DNA of 64,000 bases from Anaeramoeba ignava BMAN (lineage: Eukaryota > Protista > Anaeramoebae), in assembly GCA_028826165.1 (NCBI GenBank), contig JAPDFW010000023.1, forward strand, positions 10,273 through 74,272. Reading direction: 5' to 3'. Of the stretch, positions 23,260-38,200 are shown in pieces. The notes below the pieces were generated by a model. It worked only from the letters and a program-made list of their open reading frames with translations. It was not told the DNA's origin and made no database searches. Every line of letters starts with the position of its first letter. Position 1 is the first letter of the stretch. The translations under genes were made by a program, and so were the position numbers.

Positions 23260-26200
23260 AAATGTAATTTAATTTAATGAAATTAAATTGATTTTATTAA
23301 TTTAATTTAATTATAAATTGAATTAATTGTTTATTTATTTAATTGTAAATTGAATTATTTTATATTTAATTGTAATTGAATTTATTTATAAATTAAATTG
23401 AATTATTTATTTAATTTAATTGTAAATTGAATTAATTATTTATTTAATTTAATTGTAAATTGAATTAATTATTTATTTAATTTAATTGTAAATTGAATTG
23501 AATTTATTTAATTTAATTGTAAATTGAATTATTTATTTAATTTAATTGTAAATTGAATTAATTTATTTAATTTAATTGTAAATTGAATTAATTTATTTAA
23601 TTTAATTGTAAATTGAATTATATTTATTTAATTTAATTGTAAATTGAATTATATTTATTTAATTTAATTGTAAATTGAATTTATTTAATTTATTTAATTT
23701 AATTTATTTAATAAATTGAATTAATTATTTTATTTAATTTAATTTAAATTAAATTTAATTAATTTTAATTTAATTGTAAAATTGAATTAAATTTATTTAA
23801 TTGTAAATTGAATTATATTTATTTATTTAATTTAATTGTAAATTGAATTATATTTATTTAATTTAATTGTAAATTATATTTATTAATTTAATTGTAAATT
23901 GAATTTAATTTATTTAATTTAATTGTAAATTGAATTGAATTTATTTAATTTAATTGTAAATTGAATTTATTTATTTAATTGTAAATTGAATTAATTTATT
24001 TAATTTAATTGTAAATTGAATTTATTTATTTAATTTAATTGTAAATTGAATTATTTATTTATTTAATTGTAAATTAATTGAATTTTTATTTAATTTAATT
24101 GTAAATTGAATTTTATTTATTTAATTTAATTGTAAATTGAATTTATTTTATTTAATTGTAAATTGAATTATATTTATTTAATTTAATTGTAAATTGAATT
24201 ATATTTATTTAATTTAATTGTAAAATTGAATTTATTTATTTAATTTAATTGTAAAATTGAATTTATTTATTTAATTTAATTGTAAATTGAATTATATTTA
24301 TTTAATTTAATTGTAATTTTAAATTAATTTAATTTAATTTAATTGTAAATTGAATTAAATTCAAAATAAAAATAAAAAGAAAAATTTAATTAAAAATGAA
24401 AAATTGAAATGAATATTGATTGAATTTTTTTAATTTATTTGTAAAATTGAATTAATTTATTTAATTTAATTGTAAATTGAATTTATTTATTTAATTCAAA
24501 TTGAATTTAAAATTCAAATTGAATTTTCAAAAATTGAATTGTAAATTGAAATTAAAATTTAATTTAAATCCAAATTAAATTAAATTGTAAATTGAAATTA
24601 TTTAATTAAATTCAAATTCAAAATTCAAATTAAAAAATTTAATTTAATTCAAATTGAATTTATTTAATTTAATTGTAAATTGAATTTATTTATTTATTTA
24701 ATTTAATTCAAAATTGAATTTTTTATTTATTTAATTTAATTTAAATTGAATTTATTAATTTAATTGTAAATTGAATTTATTAATTTAATTGTAAATTGAA
24801 TTTATTAATTTAATTGTAAATTGAATTTATTAATTTAATTGTAAATTGAATTTATTAATTTAAAATTAAATTGCTTAATTCAAAATAAAAATAATAAAAA
24901 TCAAAAAATAAATCAAAATGAAATTCAATTGATTTTTGTGTTCAAATCAATTATAAAAAATTCAAATTAAATTGAAAATTTAAAAATTCAAATTCAAATT
25001 CAAATTCAAATTCAAATTCAAATTAAATTCAAATTAAATCCAAATTAAATTCAAATTTAAATTCAAAATGAAAATGAAAATGAAAATGAAAAAAATGAAA
25101 ATGAAATTAAATTATATTTAAAATAAATTAAATTGTAAATGAAATTAAATGAAATTTGAATAAAATAATAAATAAAAATAAATAAATAATTATTCTAAAA
25201 ATAAAAGAATTACAAAATAAAAATCAAATCCAAAAAGAATATTTAATAAAATATATTTTATTAATAAATTTATTATTCTGATATTATATTTATTATATTA
25301 TTTATTAATATAATATTGATAATAAATTTGATTTCATTATTATATTAATTTTGAATATATATTTTGATTTAATATTTATTATTGAAAATGTTTAAAATAT
25401 AAATTGAATAAAATTTGATTTTTATTTTTGATTTATATTTATATAAATTGAAATAAAGTTGATAAAAATATTATTTATTTTGATTTATACTTTTAAAAAT
25501 TTATTTTTATTTTTAAACATTTTATATTATATATATTTTGAATTGATATTTATTATTATATATTTATTAATTATATATCCATTCATTATATTTATATAAT
25601 ATAATTAATATTCATTTTTATTTTTATTTTCATTTTCAAATTTATTTATTTTAATAATTAATAATAATAAATTTTGATTTATAATTAATTAATTAATTAA
25701 TTCTAATATTTTTATTTTATTAATAATTCAATTATTATTTTCAAAATTTATTTTTATTTTATTAATTTTATTTTTGATTTTTCAAAATTTAATTTACACA
25801 CAAAAATAAAATGAAAATAAAATAAATTACAATTAAAAATATTTTATTTATTTAATTTATAAAATATAAAATATGAATTAAATTGAATTAAAATTAAATT
25901 AAATTGAAAATTAAAATGAAAATAGAAATTAAATTGGAAAATGAATTTGAAATTGAAATTAAATTAAATTAAATTGAAAATGAAATAAATAAATAAATAA
26001 ATAAATAGAAAAGAAGATAAAATATATATTATATTTTAAAAATTGATTATTAATTCTAAATTAATAAAAAACAAAATTAAATTAAATTAAATTAAATTAA
26101 ATTAAAATTAAAATAAATATTTATTTATAAATATTTTAATTTACAAAATACTAAAAATATATATATCAAATATAAAAATAAATTTCAAAATTAAAAACAT

Positions 26201-29200
26201 AAATTAAAAATAAAAATAAAAAATAAATTAAATTATGAATAAATTATGAATAAATTATTATTAATCCCCTTATGCCCCTTCAACCCCAACCAATTTTAAT
26301 TTCCTTTTATTTCCTTTATAAATTAACTATAAATGAAATTGAATATAGATTTGAATTGAAATAAATATGAATTAAATGAAATTCTGTTTTAAATTAATTC
26401 AAAACATAATTCAATTTTGTTATATAATTGAAGTGAAATAATTGTTTTATATTAAATCAAATAAAAAATATAATAAAATAACTTTATTCAATATTGATTT
26501 ACTTTTTGTTCTGTTTTAATTCAAAATAATTGAAAATCAAAATAAATCAATGAAAATCAAATAAAAATCAAATAAAATTGAAAAATAAGTGTTTGAACAT
26601 AAATTCATTTTATTGATAAATAAATAAAATGAAAACAAAATGTAATTTAATTTGATTTAATTGTAAATTGAATTAATTTTTGATTTAATTGTAAATTGAA
26701 TTATTTATTTAATTTAATTGTAAATTGAATTATATTTAATTGTAAATTGAATTTATTTAATTTAATTGTAAATTGAATTTATTTAATTTAATTGTAAATT
26801 GAATTTATTTATTAATTTAATTGTAAATTGAATTGAATTTATTGAATTTAATTGTAAATTGAATTTATTTAATTTAATTGTAAATTGAATTACTTATTTA
26901 ATTGTAAATTGAATTATTTATTTAATTTAATTGTAAATTGAATTCAAAATAAAAATAATAAGAAAAATCAAAATAAAAATCAGAAATGAATATTGATTGA
27001 TTTTTTTTGTGTTTATTTATTATGTAAAGTTGATTGTAATCTAAATTGAAAATTAAATTAAATTCAATTTAAATTCAAATCAAATTAAATTCAAATTCAA
27101 ATTCAAATTAAATTCAAATCAAATTCAAATCAAATTCAAATTCAAATTAAATTCAAATCAAATTCAAATTAAATTCAAATCAAATTCAAATCAAATTCAA
27201 ATTCAAATTAAATTCAAATTAAATTCAAATCAAATTCAAATTCAAATAAAATTAAAATCAAATCAAATTAAAATCAAATTAAAATCAAATTCAAATTAAA
27301 TTTAAATTCAAATTCAATTTAAAATCAAATTCAAATTAAATTCAAATTAAATTCAAATTCAATTCAAATTAAATTCAAATTAAATTAAATCCAAATCAAA
27401 TTAAATTAAATCCAAATTCAAATTCAAATTCAAATCAAATTCAAATCAAAATCAAATCAAATCAAATTCAAATTCAAATCAAATCCAAATCAAATTCAAA
27501 TTCAAATCTAAATTGAAAATGAAAATGAAAATGAAAATGGAAATTAAATTAGATTTAAAATAAATTAAATTGTAAATGAAATTAAAATGAAATTTTGAAT
27601 AAAATAATAAATGAAAATAAATAAATAATTATTCTAAAAAATATAAAAAGAATTACAAAATAAAAAATCAAATCTAAAAAAAAGAATATTTAATAAAATA
27701 TATTTTTATTAATATATTTATTATTCTTATATTATATTTATTATATTATTTATTAATATAATATTGATAATAAATTTGATTCCATTATTATATTAATTTT
27801 GAATATATATTTTGATTTAATATTTATTATTGGAAAAATGTTTAAAATATATAAATTAGAATAAAATTTGATTTTTTTTGTTTTTGATTTATATTTATAT
27901 AAATTGAAATAAAGTTGATAAAAATATTATTTATTTTGATTTATACTTTTAAAAATTTATTTTTATTTTTAAACATTTTACATTATATATATTTGGATTG
28001 ATATTTATTATTATATATTTATTAATTATATATTCATTTATTATATTTATATAATATAATTAATATTCATTTTTATTTATTATTTTTCATTTCAAATTTA
28101 TTTATTTTAATAATTAATAATAATAAATTTTGATTTATAATTAATTAATTAATTAATTCTAATATTTTTATTTTATTAATAATTCAATTATTGATTTTCA
28201 AAATTTATTTTTATTTATTAATTTTATTTTTGATTTTTCAAAAATTCATTTACACATAAAATAAAATGAAAATAAAATAAATTACAATTAAAAATATTTT
28301 ATTTATTTAATTTATAAAATATAAATTGAAATTGAAATTGAAAATTAAAATTTAAATTAAAATTTAAGTTGAAAATTGAATATAATTGAATTAATATTAA
28401 ATTAATTATTATTTAATATTTTATATATTAATTATTTTTGAATGAAAATTAAATTATTATTTATAAATATTATTTATATTTTTGATAAAGAATAATAAAA
28501 TAATAAAATAATAAAGAAATAAAAATAATTAAAAACAACTATCAATTTTATATTTATTTTTCTCCTTTTTAATTTATAATTTTATTTTCTCCATTTCAAA
28601 AATACTTTTTATCTTTTAAAAATACTTTTTATCTTTTCTATTTTTCTCCTTTTTAATTTATAATTTTATTTTCTCCATTTCAAAAATACTTTTTATCTTT
28701 TTATTAAATTAAATTAAATTAAATTAAATTAAATTAAATTAAATTAAATTAAATTAAATTAAATTAAATTAAATTAAATTAAAACTTTTAATTGTATTTT
28801 TGATTAATTTAAATTCAAAATATCTTTTATTTATTTATTTATTAATTTTTGTTACAAAATTTTCAATAAATTAATTTAAAATGAGATTAATGAATAAAGA
28901 ATAAATCAAATAAATAAATCAAATAAAATGAATAGATATATAAATAGTTATTAATAATAATAATGAATATAAATAGAATATTTATTTAATATTAATTAAT
29001 TATTAATTTAAATTTAATTTCATTTATTTTATAATTCAAAATTAAATTCAAAATGAAAATGAAATTGAAATTGAAAATAAAATGAAATTATATTTAAAAT
29101 AAATTAAATTGTAAAATGAAATAAAAATGAAATTTTGAATAAAATAATAAATGAAAATAAATAAATAATTATTCTAAAAATATAAAAAGAATTACAAAAT

Positions 29201-32200
29201 AAAAATCAAATCTAAAAAGAATATTTAATAAAATACATTTTTATTAATATATTTATTATTCTTATATTATATTTATTATATTATTTATTAATATAATATT
29301 GATAATAAATTTGATTTAATTATTATATTAATTTTGAATATATATTTTGATTTAATATTTATTATTGAAAAATGTTTAAAATATATAAAATTAGAATAAA
29401 ATTTGATTTTTATTTTTGATTTATATTTATATAAATTGAAATTAAGTTGATAAAAATATTATTTATTTTGATTTATACTTTTAAAAATTTATTTTTATTT
29501 TTAAACATTTTATATTATATATATTTTGAATTGATATTTATTATTACATACATATTTATTAATTATATATTCATTATTTATATTTATATAATATAATTAA
29601 TATTCATTTTTATTTATTATTTTTCATTTCTGAATTGAAATAAATGTAAATTAAATATAATTATGTTGTAAATTAATTCAAAATATACTTCAATTTTGTT
29701 TTACAATTGAAGTGAAATATTTGTTTTATATTAAATCAAACAAAAATATAATAAAATAACTTAATTCAAAATAGATTTACTTTTTGTTCTGTTTTAATTC
29801 AAAATAATTGAAAATCAAAATAAATCAATGAAAATCAAATAAAAATCAAATAAAATTGAAAAATAAGTGTTTGAACATAAATTCGTTTTGTTAATAAATA
29901 AATAAAATGAAAACAAAATGTAGAATTTTTAATTTAATTGTAAATTGAATTTATTTATTTAATTTAATTGTAAATTGAATTATATTTATTTAATTTAATT
30001 GTAAATTGAATTATATTTATTTAATTTAATTGTAAATTGAATTATTTATTTAATTTAATTGTAAATTGAATTAATTTATTTAATTTAATTGTAAATTGAA
30101 TTATTTATTAATTTAATTGTAAATTGAATTATTTATTTAATTTAATTGTAAATTGAATTTATTTATTAATTTAATTAAATTGAATTTAATTTATTTAATT
30201 TAATTTAATTGTAAATTGAATTTATTTAATTTAATTGTAAATTGAATTTATTTAATTTAATTGTAAATTGAATTAATTTATTTAATTTAATTGTAAATTG
30301 AATTAATTTATTTAATTTAATTGTAAATTGAATTTATTAATTTAATTGTAAATTGAATTATTTATTGATTTAATTGTAAATTGAATTATTTATTAATTTA
30401 ATTGTAAATTGAATTATTTATTTAATTTAATTGTAAATTGAATTATTTATTTAATTTAATTGTAAATTGAATTATTTATTGATTTAATTGTAAATTGAAT
30501 TATTTAATTTAATTGTAAATTGAATTATTTAATTTAATTGTAAATTGAATTATTTATTTAATTTAATTGTAAATTGAATTATTTATTGATTTAATTGTAA
30601 ATTGAATTATTTATTTAATTTAATTGTAAATTGAATTATTTAATTTAATTGTAAATTGAATTATTTATTTAATTTAATTGTAAATTGAATTATTTATTTA
30701 ATTTAATTGTAAATTGAATTGAATTTATTTTATTAAATTTGAATTTAATTTAATTGTAAATTGAATTATTTATTAATTTAATTTAATAAATTGAATTTAT
30801 TTAATTTAATTAATTAAATTGAATTTATTAATTTAATTGTAAATTGAATTTATTTATTAATTTAATTGTAAATTGAATTATTTGATTTAATTGTAAATTG
30901 AATTTAATTGAATTTAATTTAATTATAAAATTTTAATTTAATTTAATTTAAATTAAATTTGAATTTAATTTAATTGTAAATTGAATTTAATTTATTTAAT
31001 TTGAATTGTAAATTGAATTTAAATTGAATTTATTTAATTTAATTGTAAATTGAATTATATTTATTTAATTGTAAAATTGAATTAATTTAATTGTAAATTG
31101 AATTTAATTTATTTAATTGTAAATTGAATGTAATTTAATTGTAAATTGAATTAATTTATTAATTTAATTGTAAATTGAATTATTTATTTAATTTAATTGT
31201 AAATTAAATTGAATTTATTTAATTTAATTGTAAATTGAATTTATTTAATTTAATTGTAAATTGAATTTATTTAATTTAATTTAAAAATTGAATTTAATTT
31301 ATTTATTTAATTGTAAATTGAATTAATTATTTAATTTAATTTAAATTGAATTTAATTTATTTAATTTAATTGTAAAAATTGAATTATTTATTTAATTTAA
31401 TTGTAAATTGAATTTATTTATTTAATTTAATTGTAAATTGAAATTGATTTAATTTATTTTAATTTAATTGTAAATTGAATTTATTTAATTTAATTGTAAA
31501 ATTGAATTATTTATTTAATTTAATTGTAAATTGAATTTATTTAATTTAATTGTAAATTGAATTGAATTTATTTAATTTAATTGTAAATTGAATTTATTTA
31601 ATTTAATTGTAAATTGAATTAATTTATTTAATTTAATTGTAAATTGAATTATTTATTTAATTTAATTGTAAATTGAATTATTTATTTAATTTAATTGTAA
31701 ATTGAATTTATTTAATTTAATTGTAAATTGAATTATTTAATTGATTTAATTGTAAATTGAATTTATTTTAATTTAATTGTAAATTGAATTTAATTTATTT
31801 AATTTAATTGTAAATTGAATTTAATTTATTTAATTTAATTAAATTGAATTTAATTTATTTAATTTAATTGTAAATTGAATTATTTATTTAATTTAATTGT
31901 AAATTGAATTATTTATTTAATTTAATTGTAAATTGAATTAATTTATTTAATTTAATTGTAAATTGAATTATTTATTTAATTTAATTGTAAATTGAATTAA
32001 TTTATTTAATTTAATTGTAAATTGAATTATTTATTTAATTTAATTGTAAATTGAATTTATTTAATTTAATTGTAAATTGAATTGAATTTAATTTATTTAA
32101 TTTAATTGTAAATTGAATTAATTTATTTAATTTAATTGTAAATTGAATTTAATTTATTTAATTTAATTGTAAATTGAATTTATTTAATTTAATTAATTTA

Positions 32201-35200
32201 AATTTATTGAATTTAATTTATTTAATTTAATTGTAAATTGAATTTAATTTATTTAATTTAATTGTAAATTGAATTTATTTAATTTAATTGTAAATTGAAT
32301 TAATTGAATTTATTTAAATTTAATTGTAAATTGAATTTATTTAATTTAATTGTAAATTGAATTTATTTATTTAATTTAATTGTAAATTGAATTATTTATT
32401 AATTTAATTGTAAATTGAATTTAATTTAATTTAATTGTAAATTGAATTAATTTATTTAATTTAATTGTAAATTGAATTATATTTATTTAATTTAATTGTA
32501 AATTGAATTATTTATTTAATTTAATTGTAAATTGAATTTATTTAATTTAATTGTAAATTGAATTTATTTATTAATTTAATTTAATTGTAAATTGAATTTA
32601 TTTATTTAATTTAATTGTAAATTGAATTTATTTATTTAATTTAATTGTAAATTGAATTTATTTAATTTAATTGTAAATTGAATTTATTTATTTAATTTAA
32701 TTGTAAATTGAATTCAAAATAAAAATAATAAGAAAAATCAAAATAAAAATCAGAAATGAATATTGATTGATTTTTTTTGTGTTTATTTATTATGTAAAGT
32801 TGATTGTAATCTAAATTGAAAATTTAAATGAATTCAAATTAAATTCAAAATTAAATCCAAATCAAATTCAAATTAAATTAAATTCAAATTAAATTAAAAT
32901 CAAATTCAAATTCAAATTCAAATTCAAATTCAAATTAAATTCAAAATCAAAATTCAAATCAAATTCAAATTCAAATTAAATTCAAATCAAATTAAATTCA
33001 AATTCAAATTCAAATTCAAATTAAATTCAAATTAAATTCAAATTAAATTCAAATCAAATCAAATTCAAATCCAAATTAAATTGAAAATGAAATTCAAAAT
33101 GAAAATGAAATTAAATTATATTTAAAATAAATTAAATTGTAAATGAAATTAAAATGAAATTTTGAATAAAATAATAAATGAAAATAAATAAATAATTATT
33201 CTAAAAAATATAAAAAGAATTACAAAATAAAAATCAAATCCAAAAAGAATATTTAATAAAATATATTTTTATTAATATATTTATTATTCTGATATTATAT
33301 TTATTATATTATTTATTAATATAATATTGATAATAAATTTGATTCCATTATTATATTAATTTTGAATATATATTTTGATTTAATATTTATTATTGAAAAT
33401 GTTTAAAATATATAAATTAGAATAAAATTTGATTTTTTTTTATTTTTTTTTTGATTTATATTTATATAAATTGAAATAAAGTTGATAAAAAAATATTATT
33501 TATTTTGATTTATACTTTTAAAAATTTATTTTTATTTTTTAAACATTTTACATTATATATATTTTGGATTGATATTTATTATTACATATTTATTAATTAT
33601 ATATTCATTCATTATATTTATATAATATAATTAATATTCATTTTTTATTTATTATTTTTCATTTCAAATTTATTTATTTTAATAATTAATAATAATAAAT
33701 TTTGATTTATAATTAATTAATTAATTAATTCTAATATTTTTTATTTTATTAATAATTCAATTATTATTTTCAAAATTTATTTTTATTTATTTTATTAATT
33801 TTATTTTTTTTGATTTTTTTCAAAATTCATTTACACACAAAATAAAATGAAAATAAAATAAATTACAATTAAAAATATTTATTAAATTGTTTACAAAATA
33901 TAAATTGAAATTGAAAATGAAAATTAAAATTAAATTAAATTTTAAGTTGAAAATTGAATATAATTGAATTAATATTAATATTAATTATTATTTAATATTT
34001 TATAGATTAATTATTTTTTTGAAATGAAAATTAAATTATTATTTATAAATATTATTTATATTTTTGATAAAAGAATAATAAAATAATAAAATAATAAAAT
34101 AATAAAGAAATAAAAATAATTAAAACAATTATCAATTTTATATTTATTTTTTTTCTCCTTTTATTTTTTATATTTTTCTCCATTTCAAAAATACTTTTTA
34201 TCTTTTTTAAAAATACTTTTTATTTTTCATTTTTTATCTTTTTAATTTATAATTTTATTTTCTCCATTTTCAAAAAATACTTTTATCTTTAAATTAAATT
34301 AAATTAAATTAAATTAAATTAAATTAAACAACTTTTAATTGTATTTTTGATTAATTTAAATTCAAAATATCTTTTATTTATTTATTTATTTATTTTTGTT
34401 ACAAAATTTTCAATAAATTAATTTAAAATGAGATTAATGAATAAATAAAGAATAAATCAAAATAAATAAAATCAAATAAAATGAATAGATATATAAATAG
34501 TTATTAATAATAATGAATATAAATAGAATATTTATTTAATATTAATTAATTATTAATTTTATTTAATTTCATTTATTTTATAATTCAAATTTAAATTGAA
34601 ATGAAAATGAAATGAAAATGAAAATGAAATTAAATTATATTTAAAAATAAATTAAATTGTAAATGAAATTAAAATGAAATTTTGAATAAAATAATAAATG
34701 AAAATAAATAAATAATTATTCTAAAAAATATAAAAAGAATTACAAAATAAAAAATCAAATCCAAAAAAAAGAATATTTAATAAAATATATTTTTATTAAT
34801 ATATTTATTATTCTGATATTATATTTATTATATTATTTATTAATATAATATTGATAATAAATTTGATTCCATTATTATATTAATTTTGAATATATATTTT
34901 GATTTAATATTTATTATTGAAAAATGTTTAAAATATATAAATTAGAATAAAATTTGATTTTTTTTATTTTTTTTTTGATTTATATTTATATAAATTGAAA
35001 TAAAGTTGATAAAAAAAATATTATTTATTTTGATTTATACTTTTAAAAATTTATTTTTATTTTTTAAACATTTTATATTATATATATTTTGAATTGATAT
35101 TTATTATTATATATTTATTAATTATATATTCATTCATTATATTTATATAATATAATTAATATTCATTTTTTATTTATTATTTTTCATTTCAAATTTATTT

Positions 35201-38200
35201 ATTTTAATAATTAATAATAATAAATTTTGATTTATAATTAATTAATTAATTAATTCTAATATTTTTTATTTTATTAATAATTCAATTATTATTTTCAAAA
35301 TTTATTTTTTATTTATTTTATTAATTTTATTTTTTTTTGATTTTTTCAAAATTCATTTACACACAAAATAAAATGAAAATAAAATAAATTACAATTAAAA
35401 ATATTTTATTTATTTAATTTATAAAATATAAAATATGAATTAAATTGAATTAAAATTAAATTAAATTGAAAATTAAAATGAAAATAGAAATTAAATTGTA
35501 AAATGAAATTGAAATTGAAAATTAAATTAAATTAAATTGAAAATGAAATTGCAAATAAATAAATAAATAAATAGAAGAAGAAGAAAAAGAAGATAAAATA
35601 TATATTATATTTTAAAAATTGATTATTAATTCTAAATTAATAAAAAACAAAATTAAATTAAATTAAATTAAATTAAATTAAATTAAATTAAAATAAATAT
35701 TTATTTATAAATATTTTAATTTACAAAATACTAAAAATATATATATCAAATATAAAAATAAATTTCAAAATTAAAAACATAAATTAAAAATAAAAATAAA
35801 AAATAAATTAAATTATGAATAAATTATGAATAAATTATTATTAATCCCCTTATGCCCCTTCAACCCAACCCCATTTTAATTTCCTTTTTATTTCCTTTAT
35901 AAATTAACTATAAATGAAATTGAACATAAATTTGAATTGAAATAAATGTAAATTAAATGAAATTATGTTGTAAATTAATTCAAAACATACTTCAATTTTG
36001 TTTTACAATTGAAGTGAAATAATTGTTTTATATTAAATCAAATAAAAAATATAATAAAATAACTTAATTCAAATATTGATTTACTTTTTGTTCTGTTTTA
36101 ATTCAAAATAAATAAAAATCAAAATAAATCAATGAAAATCAAATAAAATTGAAATAAAATTGAAAAATAAGTGTTTGAACATAAATTCGTTTTATTGATA
36201 AATAAATAAAATGAAAACAAAATGTAATTTATTTAATTTAATTGTAAATTGAATTGAATTTATTTAATTTAATTGTAAATTGAATTTATTTTTAATTTAA
36301 TTGTAAATTGAATTATTTATTTATTGATTTAATTGTAAATTGAATTTATTTAATTTAATTGTAAATTGAATTATTTATTTAATTTAATTGTAAATTGAAT
36401 TATTTATTTAATTTAATTGTAAATTGAATTTATTTATTTAATTTAATTGTAAATTGAATTAAATTATTTATTTAATTTAATTGTAAATTGAATTAATTTA
36501 TTTAATTTAATTGTAAATTGAATTAATTTATTTAATTTAATTGTAAATTGAATTTATTTATTAATTTAATTAATTTAAAATTATTTATTTAATTGTAAAT
36601 TGAATTATTTATTTATTTAATTTAATTGTAAATTGAATTTATTTATTTAATTTAATTGTAAATTGAATTATATTTATTTAATTTAATTGTAAATTGAATT
36701 TATTTTTAATTTAATTGTAAAATTGAATTTATTTATTTAATTTAATTGTAAAATTGAATTTGAATTTAATTTAATTTAAATTTTATTTATTTAAAATTGA
36801 ATTATTTGTAAATTTAATTAATTTAATTTGAATTTAATTGTAAATTGAATTTATTTAATTTAATTGTAAATTGAATTAAATTTATTTATTTAATTTAATT
36901 GTAAATTGAAATTTAATTTAATTAATTGAAATTATTAAAAATCAAGAATTGTAAATTATTAATTTTTTAAAATTTATTTATTAATTTAATTGTAAATTGA
37001 ATTATTTATTTAATTTAATTGTAAATTGAATTATATTTATTTAATTTAATTGTAAATTGAATTATTTTTTATTTAATTTAATTAAATTTAATTGAATTTT
37101 AATTTAATTTAATTGTAAATTGAATTATTTATTTAATTGTAAATTGAATTTATTTAATTTAATTGTAAATTGAATTAATTATTTATTTAATTTAATTGTA
37201 AATTGAATTAAAAAAAAATTTATTTTAAATAATAAAAAAAAATAAAAATAAAAATCAAAATAAAAATCAGAAATGAATATTGATTGATTTTTTTTGTGTT
37301 TATTTATTATGTAAAGTTGATTGTAATCTAAATTGAAAATTTAAATTAATTCAAATTCAAATCAAATTAAATTCAAATTCAAATTCAAATTAAATTCAAA
37401 TTCAAATTCAAATCAAATTCAAATTCAAATCAAATTCAAATCAAAATTAAATTCAAATTAAATTGAAATTAAATTGAAAATGAAATTGAAATTGAAAATG
37501 AAAATGAAATTAAATTATATTTAAAATAAATTAAATTGTAAATGAAATTAAAATGAAATTTTGAATAAAATAATAAATGAAAATAAATAAATAATTATTC
37601 TAAAAAATATAAAAAGAATTACAAAATAAAAATCAAATCCAAAAAAAAAGAATATTTAATAAAATATATTTTTATTAATATATTTATTATTCTGATATTA
37701 TATTTATTATATTATTTATTAATATAATATTGATAATAAATTTGATTTCATTATTATATTAATTTTGAATATATATTTTGATTTAATATTTATTATTGAA
37801 AAATGTTTAAAATATATAAATTAGAATAAAATTTGATTTTTTTTTATTTTTTTTTGATTTATATTTATATAAATTGAAATAAAGTTGATAAAAAAAATAT
37901 TATTTATTTTGATTTATACTTTTAAAAATTTATTTTTATTTTTTAAACATTTTACATTATATATATTTTGAATTGATATTTATTATTATATATTTATTAA
38001 TTATATATTCATTCATTATATTTATATAATATAATTAATATTCATTTTTTATTTATTATTTTTCATTTCAAATTTATTTATTTTAATAATTAATAATAAT
38101 AAATTTCGATTTATAATTAATTAATTAATTAATTCTAATATTTTTTATTTTATTAATAATTCAATTATTATTTTCAAAATTTATTTTTTATTTATTTTAT

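Noticed and set aside
27050-27510. (TTCAAA)n as interstitial telomeric repeat
   Set aside because: Degenerate, lacks G-runs on either strand, and recurs as an internal module of the macro-array.
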